Translations under genes and position numbers: made by a program
Assembly: GCA_965226375.1 (NCBI GenBank)
Contig: CBDDCX010000006.1
Coordinates: 635,131 to 699,130 of the forward strand
Reading direction: 5' to 3'
From: Longimicrobiales bacterium
GTDB lineage: Bacteria; Gemmatimonadota; Gemmatimonadetes; Longimicrobiales; Gaopeijiaceae
Length of the DNA: 64,000 bases
Notes under the pieces: model-generated
Told to the model about the DNA's origin: nothing
Databases searched by the model: none
The model's input: the letters and a program-made list of their open reading frames with translations, nothing else
In this document: positions 48,556 through 58,245 of the stretch, one piece after another
Layout: every line of letters begins with the position of its first letter
Position numbering within the stretch: the first letter of the stretch is position 1

Positions 48556-51233
48556 GCCCGGCGCGCCCCCCGAGCTCCAAGCTGGGCCCCAAACCGAGCT
48601 CTCCACCGAGCTCCAAACCGAGCTCCAAACCGAGCTCTCCGCCCCGCCTTCTCGAGCGCCGCCTCGAAGCGGTCCTCCCGGAAGGCTTGTCACGAGACGG
48701 TACGCTGGGCGACCTCGCCGAGCAGTATGCCCGCCGTCGCGCCTCCGGGTCCCGGCTGTCTGCCGATGCCTGGTACTTGGGCCAGACGATTACCGTGCTC
48801 CTGTACCGGCGGTTGGACCGAGACGATAGACCCCGCTCGTCCATCGGCGGATCCGACGTGGTCCAGGACTTGAGATGGGCCGTTCGTTCGGTTCTTCGGC
48901 GTCCGGGTTTCAGCTTGGGCGTCGTGATCGCGCTCGGCCTGGGGCTTGGTGCCAACAGCGCGGTCTTCTCGATCGTCGACGGGACCTTCCAGTCGACCAG
49001 CTGGTGGGCGAACGAAGAGGCCAGCGTGATCCTGTGGCCCGATCGACCGTTCTCGCGAGGGGAGCTCTCGGTAATCGAACAGTCCGCCACGTCTTTCGAG
49101 ACCCTGGGCGCCTACCGCGAAGAAGCGTTTGCCCTCTCCACGGGAGGTGACGGCGTTACCGAGAGCCTTCAGGGGGCGGTCATGACCCCGGCGCTCTTCT
49201 CCCATCTTCGCGTCCAGCCGGGTCTGGGCCGAGGCCTCCGCGCGGAGGATGCCGTACCCGGTAGCGAGGCGGTCATCGTGATCGGTTACGGGCTATGGAA
49301 CCGTGCGTTTGGGGCGGATCCGGCTGTCTTGGGCCGTCGCGTGGTGGTCAACGGCCAGCCGACCACCGTCGTCGGCGTGCAGGGCCCCGGGGGGACGGCC
49401 CCGGGAATCGCTACGGAGGTTTGGGTGCCACTCGTGCTCGATCCCAGAGACCCCGACTTCTGGCCCACACACGACCTTACCGGTGCAGGCATCCTACGGG
49501 TGGGTGCGTCCGTAGACGATGGACGAACCGACCTGGTCGGCTTCGGCCAAATGCTTGCGTCGAATTTTCCGGGGTTCTACCCCGCGGGATTCGGTGCCGA
49601 CGCCACGGTGGTACAGTCGACGGCGGAGCAGCGGCAGCTCCTGGGCACGCCGTTACTCCTTCTTCTCGGGGCTACGGGGCTGCTACTTCTGGTCGCGTCT
49701 CTCAACGTAGGAAACATGCTTCTGGCGCGGGCCATCGATCGCCGTCAGGAGCTCTCGATTCGAAGGGCGCTCGGCGCGAGCCGCGGCCGCGTTCTGCGAC
49801 AACTAATGATCGAAGCGCTCGTATGGGGAGTGCTCGGGACCTCGGTCGGCATCGTCCTGGGCTCGGGAGTGGCGCGAGTCCTGGCGGAGCTGTTTGCCTC
49901 GAATGGTGCCGTGGCTCAGAGCCAATGGTCCTCTCCCCGTGTTCTCGCGTTCATTGGGGCGATCTCGGCGGCGTCCTGGACGGTCCTTTTCGGCGTGCCG
50001 GTGGCGCACTTCCTCAGGAGCCATCAGGGCCACCTCAAGCTGCAACGGGCACGTACGCCAGTGGCCCAACGGTCGCTCGTGGCCTTGCAGGCCGCGCTCG
50101 CCACGGTTCTGCTCGTGGCGTCCGTCTTGCTGATTCAGTCGGTCCGCAACCTCGCTGACGTCCCTCTCGGTTTCCGTGCGGAGAACGTGTTGGCGATCGA
50201 GCTGTCTCCTCCCGCCGATTTGATGTCCACCCGTGAACGTACGTTCGCATTCTACGAGGCCCTTACCGAGCGAGTCGCGGGGCTGCCGGGGGTAGAAGAG
50301 GTGGGGCTGGGAGAGGGTGTCCCGCTTCGCGATGTGCCGCTGGCGTGGCCGGTCAACGTGGAGGCTCGACCGGTCGACGTTGGCCAGGCGGTCACCGTAC
50401 CCAAGCACGTCGTCGATCCCGGTTTCTTCCGGGCGTTGGACATTCGTCCCCTGAGCGGTCGGTTGCTGGACGAAGGCGATCGACAGCGGGGTGCGTCGGC
50501 TATCGTAGTCAACGAGTCGATGGCCCGACTGCTGTGGCACGATTCCGACCCCGTCGGCCAGAGGATCGCCATCGATCCACACGCTTGGACCCGATGGATC
50601 ACGGTGGTGGGGGTTGTCTCGGATCTCCGCAGTGAAAGGCTGACCGGACCCACTAGCCCGGCCATGTACGTCGCCTTCGCCGAGTCCCCCGTCCGGGAGA
50701 CCACGCTGTTGGTCCGCTCCGCTGGAGAGGTGGCGGGTTTGAGCCAGGCGGTCCGGGCCGTTGTTCAGGAGATCGACGCTTCGGTGCCGGTCCGATCGAC
50801 CCGCCCGCTTCCCGCCATCGTGAGGGACGCGTACGCCACCGCGTGGATCACGATGGGATTGCTCACGGTCCTTGCGGCGCTCGCCACGGCCCTCGGGGCC
50901 ATCGGCATACATGCCGTACTGGCCAACCATGTCGCGCGGCGGCAAAAGGAGTTGGGCGTGCGTCTGGCTCTAGGCGCCAAGCCACAGGAGTTGGTCGGGA
51001 TGGTGGTTCGTTCCGGACTCGGACTGGCTGCTTTCGGCATCGCCCTCGGGACCGCCGTGGCGTTCGGCGCCGTTGGTGTGCTGGAGAGCCTTCTTTTCGG
51101 CGTCTCGGCCCTTGGAGCGTGGACCTTCTTGTTCCCGGCCGGGACCTTGCTGCTCGCAGCGATGATTGCGGCTGCGGCTCCGGCGGCTCGGGTGGCGGCG
51201 CTGCCCCCCGCGCGGGTGCTCAGAGAGGAGTGA
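48552..51233 (+). CDS. ADOP-type duplicated MacB/FtsX ABC permease
   Basis: QDLRWAVRS..RRPGF, LGANSAVFS.V, NVGNMLLARA..R..E..IRRALGA, second ELGVRLALGA; overlaps PadR stop. Confidence 0.92.
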   Translation: MSPARPPSSKLGPKPSSPPSSKPSSKPSSPPRLLERRLEAVLPEGLSRDGTLGDLAEQYARRRASGSRLSADAWYLGQTITVLLYRRLDRDDRPRSSIGGSDVVQDLRWAVRSVLRRPGFSLGVVIALGLGLGANSAVFSIVDGTFQSTSWWANEEASVILWPDRPFSRGELSVIEQSATSFETLGAYREEAFALSTGGDGVTESLQGAVMTPALFSHLRVQPGLGRGLRAEDAVPGSEAVIVIGYGLWNRAFGADPAVLGRRVVVNGQPTTVVGVQGPGGTAPGIATEVWVPLVLDPRDPDFWPTHDLTGAGILRVGASVDDGRTDLVGFGQMLASNFPGFYPAGFGADATVVQSTAEQRQLLGTPLLLLLGATGLLLLVASLNVGNMLLARAIDRRQELSIRRALGASRGRVLRQLMIEALVWGVLGTSVGIVLGSGVARVLAELFASNGAVAQSQWSSPRVLAFIGAISAASWTVLFGVPVAHFLRSHQGHLKLQRARTPVAQRSLVALQAALATVLLVASVLLIQSVRNLADVPLGFRAENVLAIELSPPADLMSTRERTFAFYEALTERVAGLPGVEEVGLGEGVPLRDVPLAWPVNVEARPVDVGQAVTVPKHVVDPGFFRALDIRPLSGRLLDEGDRQRGASAIVVNESMARLLWHDSDPVGQRIAIDPHAWTRWITVVGVVSDLRSERLTGPTSPAMYVAFAESPVRETTLLVRSAGEVAGLSQAVRAVVQEIDASVPVRSTRPLPAIVRDAYATAWITMGLLTVLAALATALGAIGIHAVLANHVARRQKELGVRLALGAKPQELVGMVVRSGLGLAAFGIALGTAVAFGAVGVLESLLFGVSALGAWTFLFPAGTLLLAAMIAAAAPAARVAALPPARVLREE
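48570..48641 (+). repeat. 12-bp in-frame tandem repeat x6
   Basis: CCGAGCTC(CAAA/TCCA) units encoding PSSK-LGPK-PSSP-PSSK-PSSK-PSSP. Confidence 0.85.
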
Positions 51234-51290
51234 GCTAGAGCTGACCTGGTTGGGCGAGTGAGACTTCTTGTCCCCGGGGGCCTGAAATTC

Positions 51291-51327
51291 TTGACCGATA
51301 TACACAGTACACACACATTCTGTGTAT
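51291..51327 (+). promoter_or_regulatory. TA promoter/operator
   Basis: TTGACC-17-CACATT; IR ATACACAG (51300) / CTGTGTAT (51320) overlaps the antitoxin ATG. Confidence 0.6.
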
Positions 51328-51565
51328 GGCTACCAAGACGATATCGCTCCGGGTGGAGGCGTACGAGAAGCTCAGGCGGGCCAGGACGCACTCCAGCTAG
51401 TCCTTCAGCGATGTAGTGATGAGGGCACGCTGGGACGAGCAAACCGTGACGGGCGGGGACCTTCTCGCGCTGGTCCGTGAGCGAGGCCCCCTGTACGGCC
51501 GCGACGAGCTCGACGCGATCGACCAGATGAAGTCAGAAGGCAAAGCGCCGACGCACAAGTGGTAG
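51326..51565 (+). pseudogene. VapB-type antitoxin with in-frame TAG at 51398
   Basis: MATKTISLRVEAYEKLRRAR....*SFSDVVMR; stop replaces E of the ESFSDV motif; not in ORF track. Confidence 0.85.
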
Positions 51566-51591
51566 CAGCGTGATAGAGGCGCGGTAGAAGC

Positions 51592-51993
51592 GTGATAGAG
51601 GCCCTGATTCTGGAGACCAGCTTTCTGGTCGACCTGGAGCGCGAATTGATCGCCGGAGAGCCCGGGCCGGCACACCACTTCCTCGAATCCCACCCGACGA
51701 GCAAGCTACACATCACCTTCACCATCGCCGGTGAACTCGCCGCGGGGCCCCGCATGAACGAACCGTCCATATGGGAACGGCTCATAGAGCCCTTCCAGGT
51801 GCTGGGGTGCACACCCGAGGTGACGTGGCGGTATGGTCGTCTGTATCGCTACCTCCGAGCAAATGGCCTGCTGATCGACGCCAACGATCTCTGGATCGCG
51901 GCTACCGCCCTGGCCTTCGATTTACCGGTGGTGACACGGAACCAACGACATTTCGCGAGGGTGCCCGAGCTGGGCGTGATCGGCTACGCTTGA
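51592..51993 (+). CDS. vapC: PIN-domain toxin
   Basis: LETSFLVD, GEL, ANDLWIAATAL, VVTRNQRHFARVPEL. Confidence 0.9.
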   Translation: MIEALILETSFLVDLERELIAGEPGPAHHFLESHPTSKLHITFTIAGELAAGPRMNEPSIWERLIEPFQVLGCTPEVTWRYGRLYRYLRANGLLIDANDLWIAATALAFDLPVVTRNQRHFARVPELGVIGYA

Positions 51994-52050
51994 GCGACTC
52001 TGACCACATCTTCGTGGTCCCTCATCTGTATCGGCCCGTCCAGGGGTGGT

Positions 52051-53088
52051 TCAGCGCCGGAAGCGTACCCACTTCGTGATGCGCCGCTGCGAGACCTCCG
52101 CACCATACACGTTGCCGTCACTGTCGACCGCCACACCCTCGGGTCCGCTGAAGCCCATGACATTGGACCGATCGTCAGGAAGGAAGTAGCTGACCCAGCC
52201 GGTCTTGGCATCACCGATGCGGATGCCCTTCTCCCAGCCGGCGTTGCGCTGGCCTGTGAACTCGTTCGGAGCCGGGCTCGACTCCGAGTCAGCAACATAG
52301 ATGATGTCGTTCTCGTCGATGTAGATGCCACTGGGGCGGCCGAACTGAGTCCAGATCGCCAAGAACTCGCCCTCCTGACTGAAGATCTGGATCCGGTTGT
52401 TGTAGCGATCACCCACGAAGATCCGGCCCTGGGAGTCCATCGCTAATGCGTGCGGATCGCGGAACTGTTTGGGGCCGTACCCGAGCTCGCCCCAGGTCTC
52501 CATGTAGGTCCCGTCGGCGGCATAGCGAACGACGCGTGCGACGTCCCGATCATGTGAGTCCACCACATAGATCTGCCCGTTGGGGACCACGAGAACGTCG
52601 GAGGGCCTGGTGAGGTGGTTCGGCGGGTCGCCTTTGACCCCGGGGGTGCCGATCGTCATCAGGAGTTCACCCTCAGGCGAGAACTTGAGGACCGTGTGAC
52701 CCGTGTCCGTGGCTCCTCGGTTCCACGCGTCGGCGATCCAAACGTTACCCTCGTGGTCCACGTCGATGCCGTGAGGCCAGGCGATCAGCCCGGCACCGAA
52801 GCTCCGGAGAAGCTTCCCCTCTTTGTCATACAGGAGGACCGGGTCCACATCCGATCCAACGCAAGTGTTGGCGCCACAGCGTTCGGCCACCCAAATGTTG
52901 CCGTCGAGTGCGATTTCCACTGAACTCGTGGAGCCCCACTCACGGCCTTCCGGCAGCTCTCCCCATCCATAGATGGGCTTGAACGGGTTCGTCGTAGTCG
53001 ACTGGGCGAGCAAGTCCGCGCCTGTCACCATGAACACGGCCACGGCCACGGCCCCGAGAGTCCATCCAACCCGATTCATGCGCGTCAT
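52051..53088 (-). CDS. NHL-repeat protein (peptidyl-alpha-hydroxyglycine amidating lyase-like)
   Basis: Signal peptide; WPHGIDVD, DPHALAMD..GRIFVGDR.NNRIQIF, PEGVAVD. Confidence 0.88.
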   Translation of the reverse strand: MTRMNRVGWTLGAVAVAVFMVTGADLLAQSTTTNPFKPIYGWGELPEGREWGSTSSVEIALDGNIWVAERCGANTCVGSDVDPVLLYDKEGKLLRSFGAGLIAWPHGIDVDHEGNVWIADAWNRGATDTGHTVLKFSPEGELLMTIGTPGVKGDPPNHLTRPSDVLVVPNGQIYVVDSHDRDVARVVRYAADGTYMETWGELGYGPKQFRDPHALAMDSQGRIFVGDRYNNRIQIFSQEGEFLAIWTQFGRPSGIYIDENDIIYVADSESSPAPNEFTGQRNAGWEKGIRIGDAKTGWVSYFLPDDRSNVMGFSGPEGVAVDSDGNVYGAEVSQRRITKWVRFRR

Positions 53089-53304
53089 TGCCCATTCCTT
53101 GGAGAGAGGTCCAGCGGGTCTGATATGGGGCTGACGGTACGTTGGCATCGCCTGGCGAGCAAGGAAGGATGGGCCATGGTGATCCGGCTCGTGGGTGGGC
53201 GCACCTCCTCGTATTCGCGTCGATGAGGGTCGGCTCTTTCCTGCCCTCTATCGGCCCGAGGTTGAGGGGGTGGGAATTCCGAGGGGTGCCGCTCATAGTT
53301 GCCG

Positions 53305-56079
53305 CTACTCTTCTCGGAGCGCCCCCACCGGATCGATGCCTGTGGCCCTGCGGGCCGGGATGTAGCACGCCAACATGGCGACCCCACCGAGCACGGCCGG
53401 AACCACCGCGAACGTGACGGCGTCTCTGGGGCCCACACCGTGGAGTAGGGAGGCCAGGGTGTTGCTGAGCAGGGCCGCTCCTGACAGGCCGAGCAGGAGT
53501 CCCATACCAACCAGGCCGGCTCCCTGGCGAGCCACCAAGGCCGTCACTTGTCCTCTACTTGCCCCCAGCGCCATGCGGATCCCGAACTCGTTGGTGCGTT
53601 GCGACACGAGGTAGGAAAGCACGCCGTAGACTCCCACCGAGCTGATCACCAGTGCGAGTACGGCGAACGTGGTCATCAGTGAGAGGATAAATCGTCGGGG
53701 GTTCAGGGACTCTGCAATGCGATCGGTGATCGTAGTCGCCCCGAAGACGGGCACCTCTCCACCCGCCTCGTGGATCACGTCCCGCACTGCGGGCATGACG
53801 GAGGCGGGATCGTACTCGGTGCGGATCACCATGCTCATGGTGCTCCACGGCCGTTGGGTGTGAGGCTCGTAGGTTGCCAGGGCGGGCTCGGTGGCGAGGC
53901 CCACGTTGCGCACGTCCCCCACCACGCCGACCACCGTGAGCCAGGGCTCGAACTCGGGGGATCCGATCTTGATGCGAGCACCCAGAGCGTCCCGGAGGCC
54001 GTCTTCATCAATCCTCCCATCCCTTCCCTCACCACACAGGACGCTCTCTAATTAATCCCGGGAGAAGGCCAGTACCGCCTCGCCATGGACTCCGCGATGA
54101 TCACGATCATGGGACTCCCTTGATCGGTGTTCTGGAACTCCCGCCCGTGAAGGAGGGGAACGCGGTCGCAGCGAAGTAGTTCGGCAGAATACGACGGAAG
54201 CTGGCGGTGGGTTCTTCTCCGGGAAGAAATCCCATGGTTTCGATGGTGAGCATGCCGTTGGAGTCCCCCCCGCTGATCGGGAGCGAGTTGACGGCGCTCG
54301 CGTGGATCACTCCAGGGAGCGCCTCGAGGCGCTCCGGGAGGTCCCTGTAGAACTGGATGACCTCTGCGGTGGAGCGCCCGGTGCCGGCCAACGATATCCC
54401 CACCGTAGCCAGGTTCACGGGCTCGAAGCCCAGGTCCTGGTCCTGGAGTCTGGTAAAGCTTCGGATCAGGAGACCGGCTCCCACGAGCAGCATTACCGAC
54501 CCCGCGATCTGGCAGACGGACAGAGCCGAGCGAGCGGCCGACCCCCGTTGGCCTGTGCTGGAGCGTCGCGTGGAACCCAGGCCTCGGGCCGCGTCGTTCC
54601 GTGTGCTCGTGAACCAAGGGAGAAGGCCGAAGGCGACACCCGTGCCCACCGATAGCAGGAGCGCGTATCCGAGCACCGTCAGGTTGAGTGTGATCGCGTC
54701 CGCCTGTGGAACGCGGTCACGAAGCTGCATCTGGACCGCTTCGAAGGCCAGATACGCGAGGCCAACCCCGGCGGCTCCGCCGGTCAGGGTCAGCAACAGG
54801 CTCTCGGTGAGGAACCCGCGCGTCATTCGCCAGCGCCCGGCGCCGAGCGCCCGTCGAACAGCCAGCTCGTGCCGGCGTATGTTGAGTCGCGCCAGGAGCA
54901 GGTTGGCCACGTTCGCGCATGCGATCAGCAGCACAACGACCACCGTTCCCATCAGGATCCACACGCGTTGTCGCATGTCGCCGACCAAGTCTACGGCGAG
55001 GGGAGCGATGCCCACTCCGCGGCCCGCGTTGACCCGGGGATGGTCCTCGCGCATCTGCGCCGCGATGCTGGAGAGCTCCAGGCGGGCCGCATCGAGTGTC
55101 ACGCCGCTCGCCAAGCGGCCCAACACGGTGAGTGTGTGAGCCTCACGCCGGCCAACCCAATCGCCGATCATGGGCGCGAGGGGAAGCCAGAGCCGAGCTT
55201 CATCACCCGCAAAGACGGCACCTTCACCGAGCACGCCCACGACCTCTACCGGAGTGCCGTCCAGTCCGATCGTGCGCCCGATCGCGCTCGGATCCGACCC
55301 GAAGCTCTGTTGCCAGAGTCCATGGGACAGAATGGCCACCGGCGCTGCGCCCGGGAGGGACTCTTGGTCCGTGAAGCCCCGCCCCAACTCGGGTACCAAT
55401 CCGGTCAGCTGCATGAAGCTAGAAGTCGCAAGACCCTGAAGGAGCCGGGTCGGCTCTGCAGAGCCCGTCAGGTTGCCCGAGTTGAGCATCATGGCCCCCA
55501 CGCCGTCCAGGGACCGTGCCCGCTCTTGCCAGTCGAGAAAGTTGGGGTAGGAGACCTGTCCCCTCTCGCCGGTCCCTCCTTCACGAGTCTCGCCGATCGC
55601 TACCAAGCGATGGGCGTCGGGGTAGGGCAGGGGCCGGATCAGCACGCCGTTTACGACGCTGAAGAGCAGGGTATTGGCCCCGATAGCGAGGGCCAGTGTT
55701 CCGACGGCCACCAGTGCGAATCCCGGCGTACGCGCCAACGATCACGCACTATGACGAATCTCCCAGATCATATCCCCCATCACCTCCACGCCTCCCCTTC
55801 GTTGGCCTGTTTTTCGCCCGCCCAGTGTATGGCCTCGCCGCCTGCGGGCCGCGCGGTACAGCGCTGGTATTGAGCGCGCTGCGTCGCCGACGACCCGCCC
55901 CCAAGCCAGCCAAGCGCCGAGCGCGCCACGTGACCTGCATCTCTCGTGGTAGAGGTCGAGGAAATCCTCGACCATCTGCTCCGAGAATCGTTTTCGGAAC
56001 GCCTCCGGATACAGGTAGCTAAACAGGCGGTAGAGCTGCTTCGACGCCCAGGCCGCGGGAAACAGCTCAATCGCTCCAT
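53305..56079 (-). pseudogene. ADOP ABC permease pseudogene with at least four lesions
   Basis: Frameshift near 56050, in-frame TGA 55742-55744, frameshift near 54165, foreign insert ~53995-54062; ADOP motifs in each piece. Confidence 0.88.
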
Positions 56080-56420
56080 CAGGCTGTATCCGCTTCGGGT
56101 ACCAGGTCGCGGGCTCGCGCGAAGTCGGCGAGTCGACTGATGCGTGCCGCCTCCATGCGCAGCGCCGTTCGTCCTTCGGGGGTCATCTCGTACAGCTTTC
56201 GGCGACCTTCGGCGGCCTCTGGTGCCTCCCGCACCAGGCCGCCTTCTTCCATCCGCTGGATCGAGCCGTAGACCGTACCGGGGCCCATGGCCAGGCCGGA
56301 GGTGTCCTCTACGTGCTGCATGATCGCGTACCCGTGCTTCGCTCCGTCGGACATGGCGAGGAGTATGTGGAAGACGACGGGAGTGAGCGGGGCCTTGTCG
56401 CTTGAGGTGCTCGGCGTCAT
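56079..56420 (-). CDS. PadR-family transcriptional regulator
   Basis: PLTPVVFHILL, HGYAIM, GPGTVYGSIQRM, RRKLY. Confidence 0.92.
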   Translation of the reverse strand: MTPSTSSDKAPLTPVVFHILLAMSDGAKHGYAIMQHVEDTSGLAMGPGTVYGSIQRMEEGGLVREAPEAAEGRRKLYEMTPEGRTALRMEAARISRLADFARARDLVPEADTA

Positions 56421-56441
56421 CGGGTCTCCGATGGGTGGAAT

Positions 56442-56487
56442 ATTACGGTTGCGGTAACATCGTTACGGTACTACTGCTACGGTAATA
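56442..56487. promoter_or_regulatory. Putative PadR operator region
   Basis: TTACGGTTGCGGTAA imperfect palindrome and three TACGGT repeats just upstream of padR. Confidence 0.5.
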
Positions 56488-56790
56488 ACGCAAGAGACCC
56501 GTCTCCGTATGCCGGTCCGCTGGTTACCCCCCGAGCTTCTCGAACAGCAGGTTGAGCACCCGTCCGTTCGAGACCCGCATCCCCGTCGGCCAGGATTGCT
56601 CCGACGTGGATGCGTCTGATCATGACCTTGCCTAACGTGTGGGCCGTGGGTGTGTGGGGTACGGGAAGAATGCGGTTAGGGTGTGACTTTGGCCAGCAAC
56701 GGTGACCGCTCGCCGCCCGCTTCCCGCGGCGTTGGTGCACAACCGCCTACTTGGGCCTACGATACCCCATCACTCTTAATGGAGGGGACG

Positions 56791-56982
56791 TTGGGATTCT
56801 TCAGCAAGCTTTTTGGCCTGGGGGAGGACAATCCTGCCCGACGCTCCGTCGAGGGCGGGGAAATCTGCGCGAAGTGCGGCCAGCCGGTCCCGCACGACAA
56901 CATGGCCTTCGACTCGGGGAGTGGCGGGCCGATTCACCGGAAGTGTCCGGAAGCAACTAGCGTCGCCGACCCCGGTGACTGA
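56791..56982 (+). CDS. Small zinc-finger protein (63 aa)
   Basis: GGAGG RBS, TTG start; GFFSKLFG N-terminus; C-x2-C-x19-H-x2-C. Confidence 0.65.
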   Translation: MGFFSKLFGLGEDNPARRSVEGGEICAKCGQPVPHDNMAFDSGSGGPIHRKCPEATSVADPGD

Positions 56983-57030
56983 GCACCGACGGTACCATCG
57001 AGACCACGGGGATGGGAGGAGGACGGAAGG

Positions 57031-58227
57031 ATGACACGGTACGGACCAGCGGTCGGTGTGGCCCTCTCGCTCGCCATATGGGCAAACGCCTCAGCGCAGC
57101 GGGCCCAGCGGGCACCGTGGCCGACGGAGGGTTGGGCGACCTCGACGTCGGAGGCGCAAGGCTTGGCTGCCGCCCCCCTCGAGGCCCTCGACCGGCGCGT
57201 GCGTGACGGGACCTTCGGCTACATCGACCGCCTGGTCGTCATCCGAAACGGTTTCCTGGTCGTGAATGAACGTTACGACCAGGACTACGAGCAGATCAGC
57301 CGCGGCGAGCGGAGTCAGATCGGGTGCGGTTTCGGATGCGCTGATCCCTCGTGGGATCATCAGTTCAACTACCTGCACCCCGACTGGCACCCTTACTACC
57401 AGGGCCGCGACGTGCACACCTTGCAGTCGGTGACCAAGTCGATCTCGTCGACGCTGATCGGAGTGGCCATACACCGAGGAGAGATTTCAGGCGTGGACGC
57501 TCCTCTCCTGCCGTTTCTCGACGACTACGACCTCACTCGGCTGGACGCTCGCGTGGGCGGGGCCACGCTCGAGGACCTGCTTACTATGAGGACGGGCATC
57601 GAGTGGCACGAGACGGACCGGCCCATGAACGACACCAATACGACCATCCAGCTCGAGAGAAGCGACGACTGGGTGCAATACACGCTCAATCAGCCCTCCG
57701 ACGGGGCGCCCGGGGTCAAATGGGTCTACAACTCCGGTGGCAGCCAACTCATGTCGGCCATCCTGCGCCGGGTCAGCGGGCGCACGATGGACCGCTACGC
57801 CGAGGAGCACGTCTTCGGGCCGCTCGGCATCACGGACTACTATTGGAAGGTGACCGGCGCCGGACTGCCCGACGCCTTGGGAGGGCTGTACCTGGAGGCG
57901 GAGCAGCTCGCCAAGGTCGGTTATCTGTACCTGCGGGGTGGTGTCTGGGATGGTCAGCGTATCCTCCCCGTAGGGTGGACAGAGACCGCTACCGCACGTC
58001 ACGTCGAGGGCATCCAGGGCGGACGGGTCGGGTACGGGTACCAGTGGTGGCGGCCCGACCGGAACGGGGTCGAGGTCTGGGCGGGTCAGGGGTTCGGTGG
58101 GCAGTTCCTGCTGGTCCTGCCGGAGTACGACATCGTGGCCGTGATCAACAGCTGGAATCTGTTCGGGGGGACGAACGCGAACCTGCGTAACGCGCTGATC
58201 GACGCTCTGGTCCAGGCCGCGCGTTAG
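57031..58227 (+). CDS. Serine hydrolase (class C beta-lactamase-like)
   Basis: QSVTKS, YNSG, YGYQWW, GFGGQ; signal peptide. Confidence 0.9.
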   Translation: MTRYGPAVGVALSLAIWANASAQRAQRAPWPTEGWATSTSEAQGLAAAPLEALDRRVRDGTFGYIDRLVVIRNGFLVVNERYDQDYEQISRGERSQIGCGFGCADPSWDHQFNYLHPDWHPYYQGRDVHTLQSVTKSISSTLIGVAIHRGEISGVDAPLLPFLDDYDLTRLDARVGGATLEDLLTMRTGIEWHETDRPMNDTNTTIQLERSDDWVQYTLNQPSDGAPGVKWVYNSGGSQLMSAILRRVSGRTMDRYAEEHVFGPLGITDYYWKVTGAGLPDALGGLYLEAEQLAKVGYLYLRGGVWDGQRILPVGWTETATARHVEGIQGGRVGYGYQWWRPDRNGVEVWAGQGFGGQFLLVLPEYDIVAVINSWNLFGGTNANLRNALIDALVQAAR

Positions 58228-58245
58228 GGTTCCGGCCCTGCGGGC

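Noticed and set aside
48570..48641. CRISPR array
   Set aside because: 12-bp coding tandem units without spacers; no cas genes; no repeat-spacer array seen in the window
51398..51400. In-frame TAG as pyrrolysine or readthrough
   Set aside because: The position is the Glu of the ESFSDV motif, so a GAG>TAG mutation is simpler; no pyl genes seen
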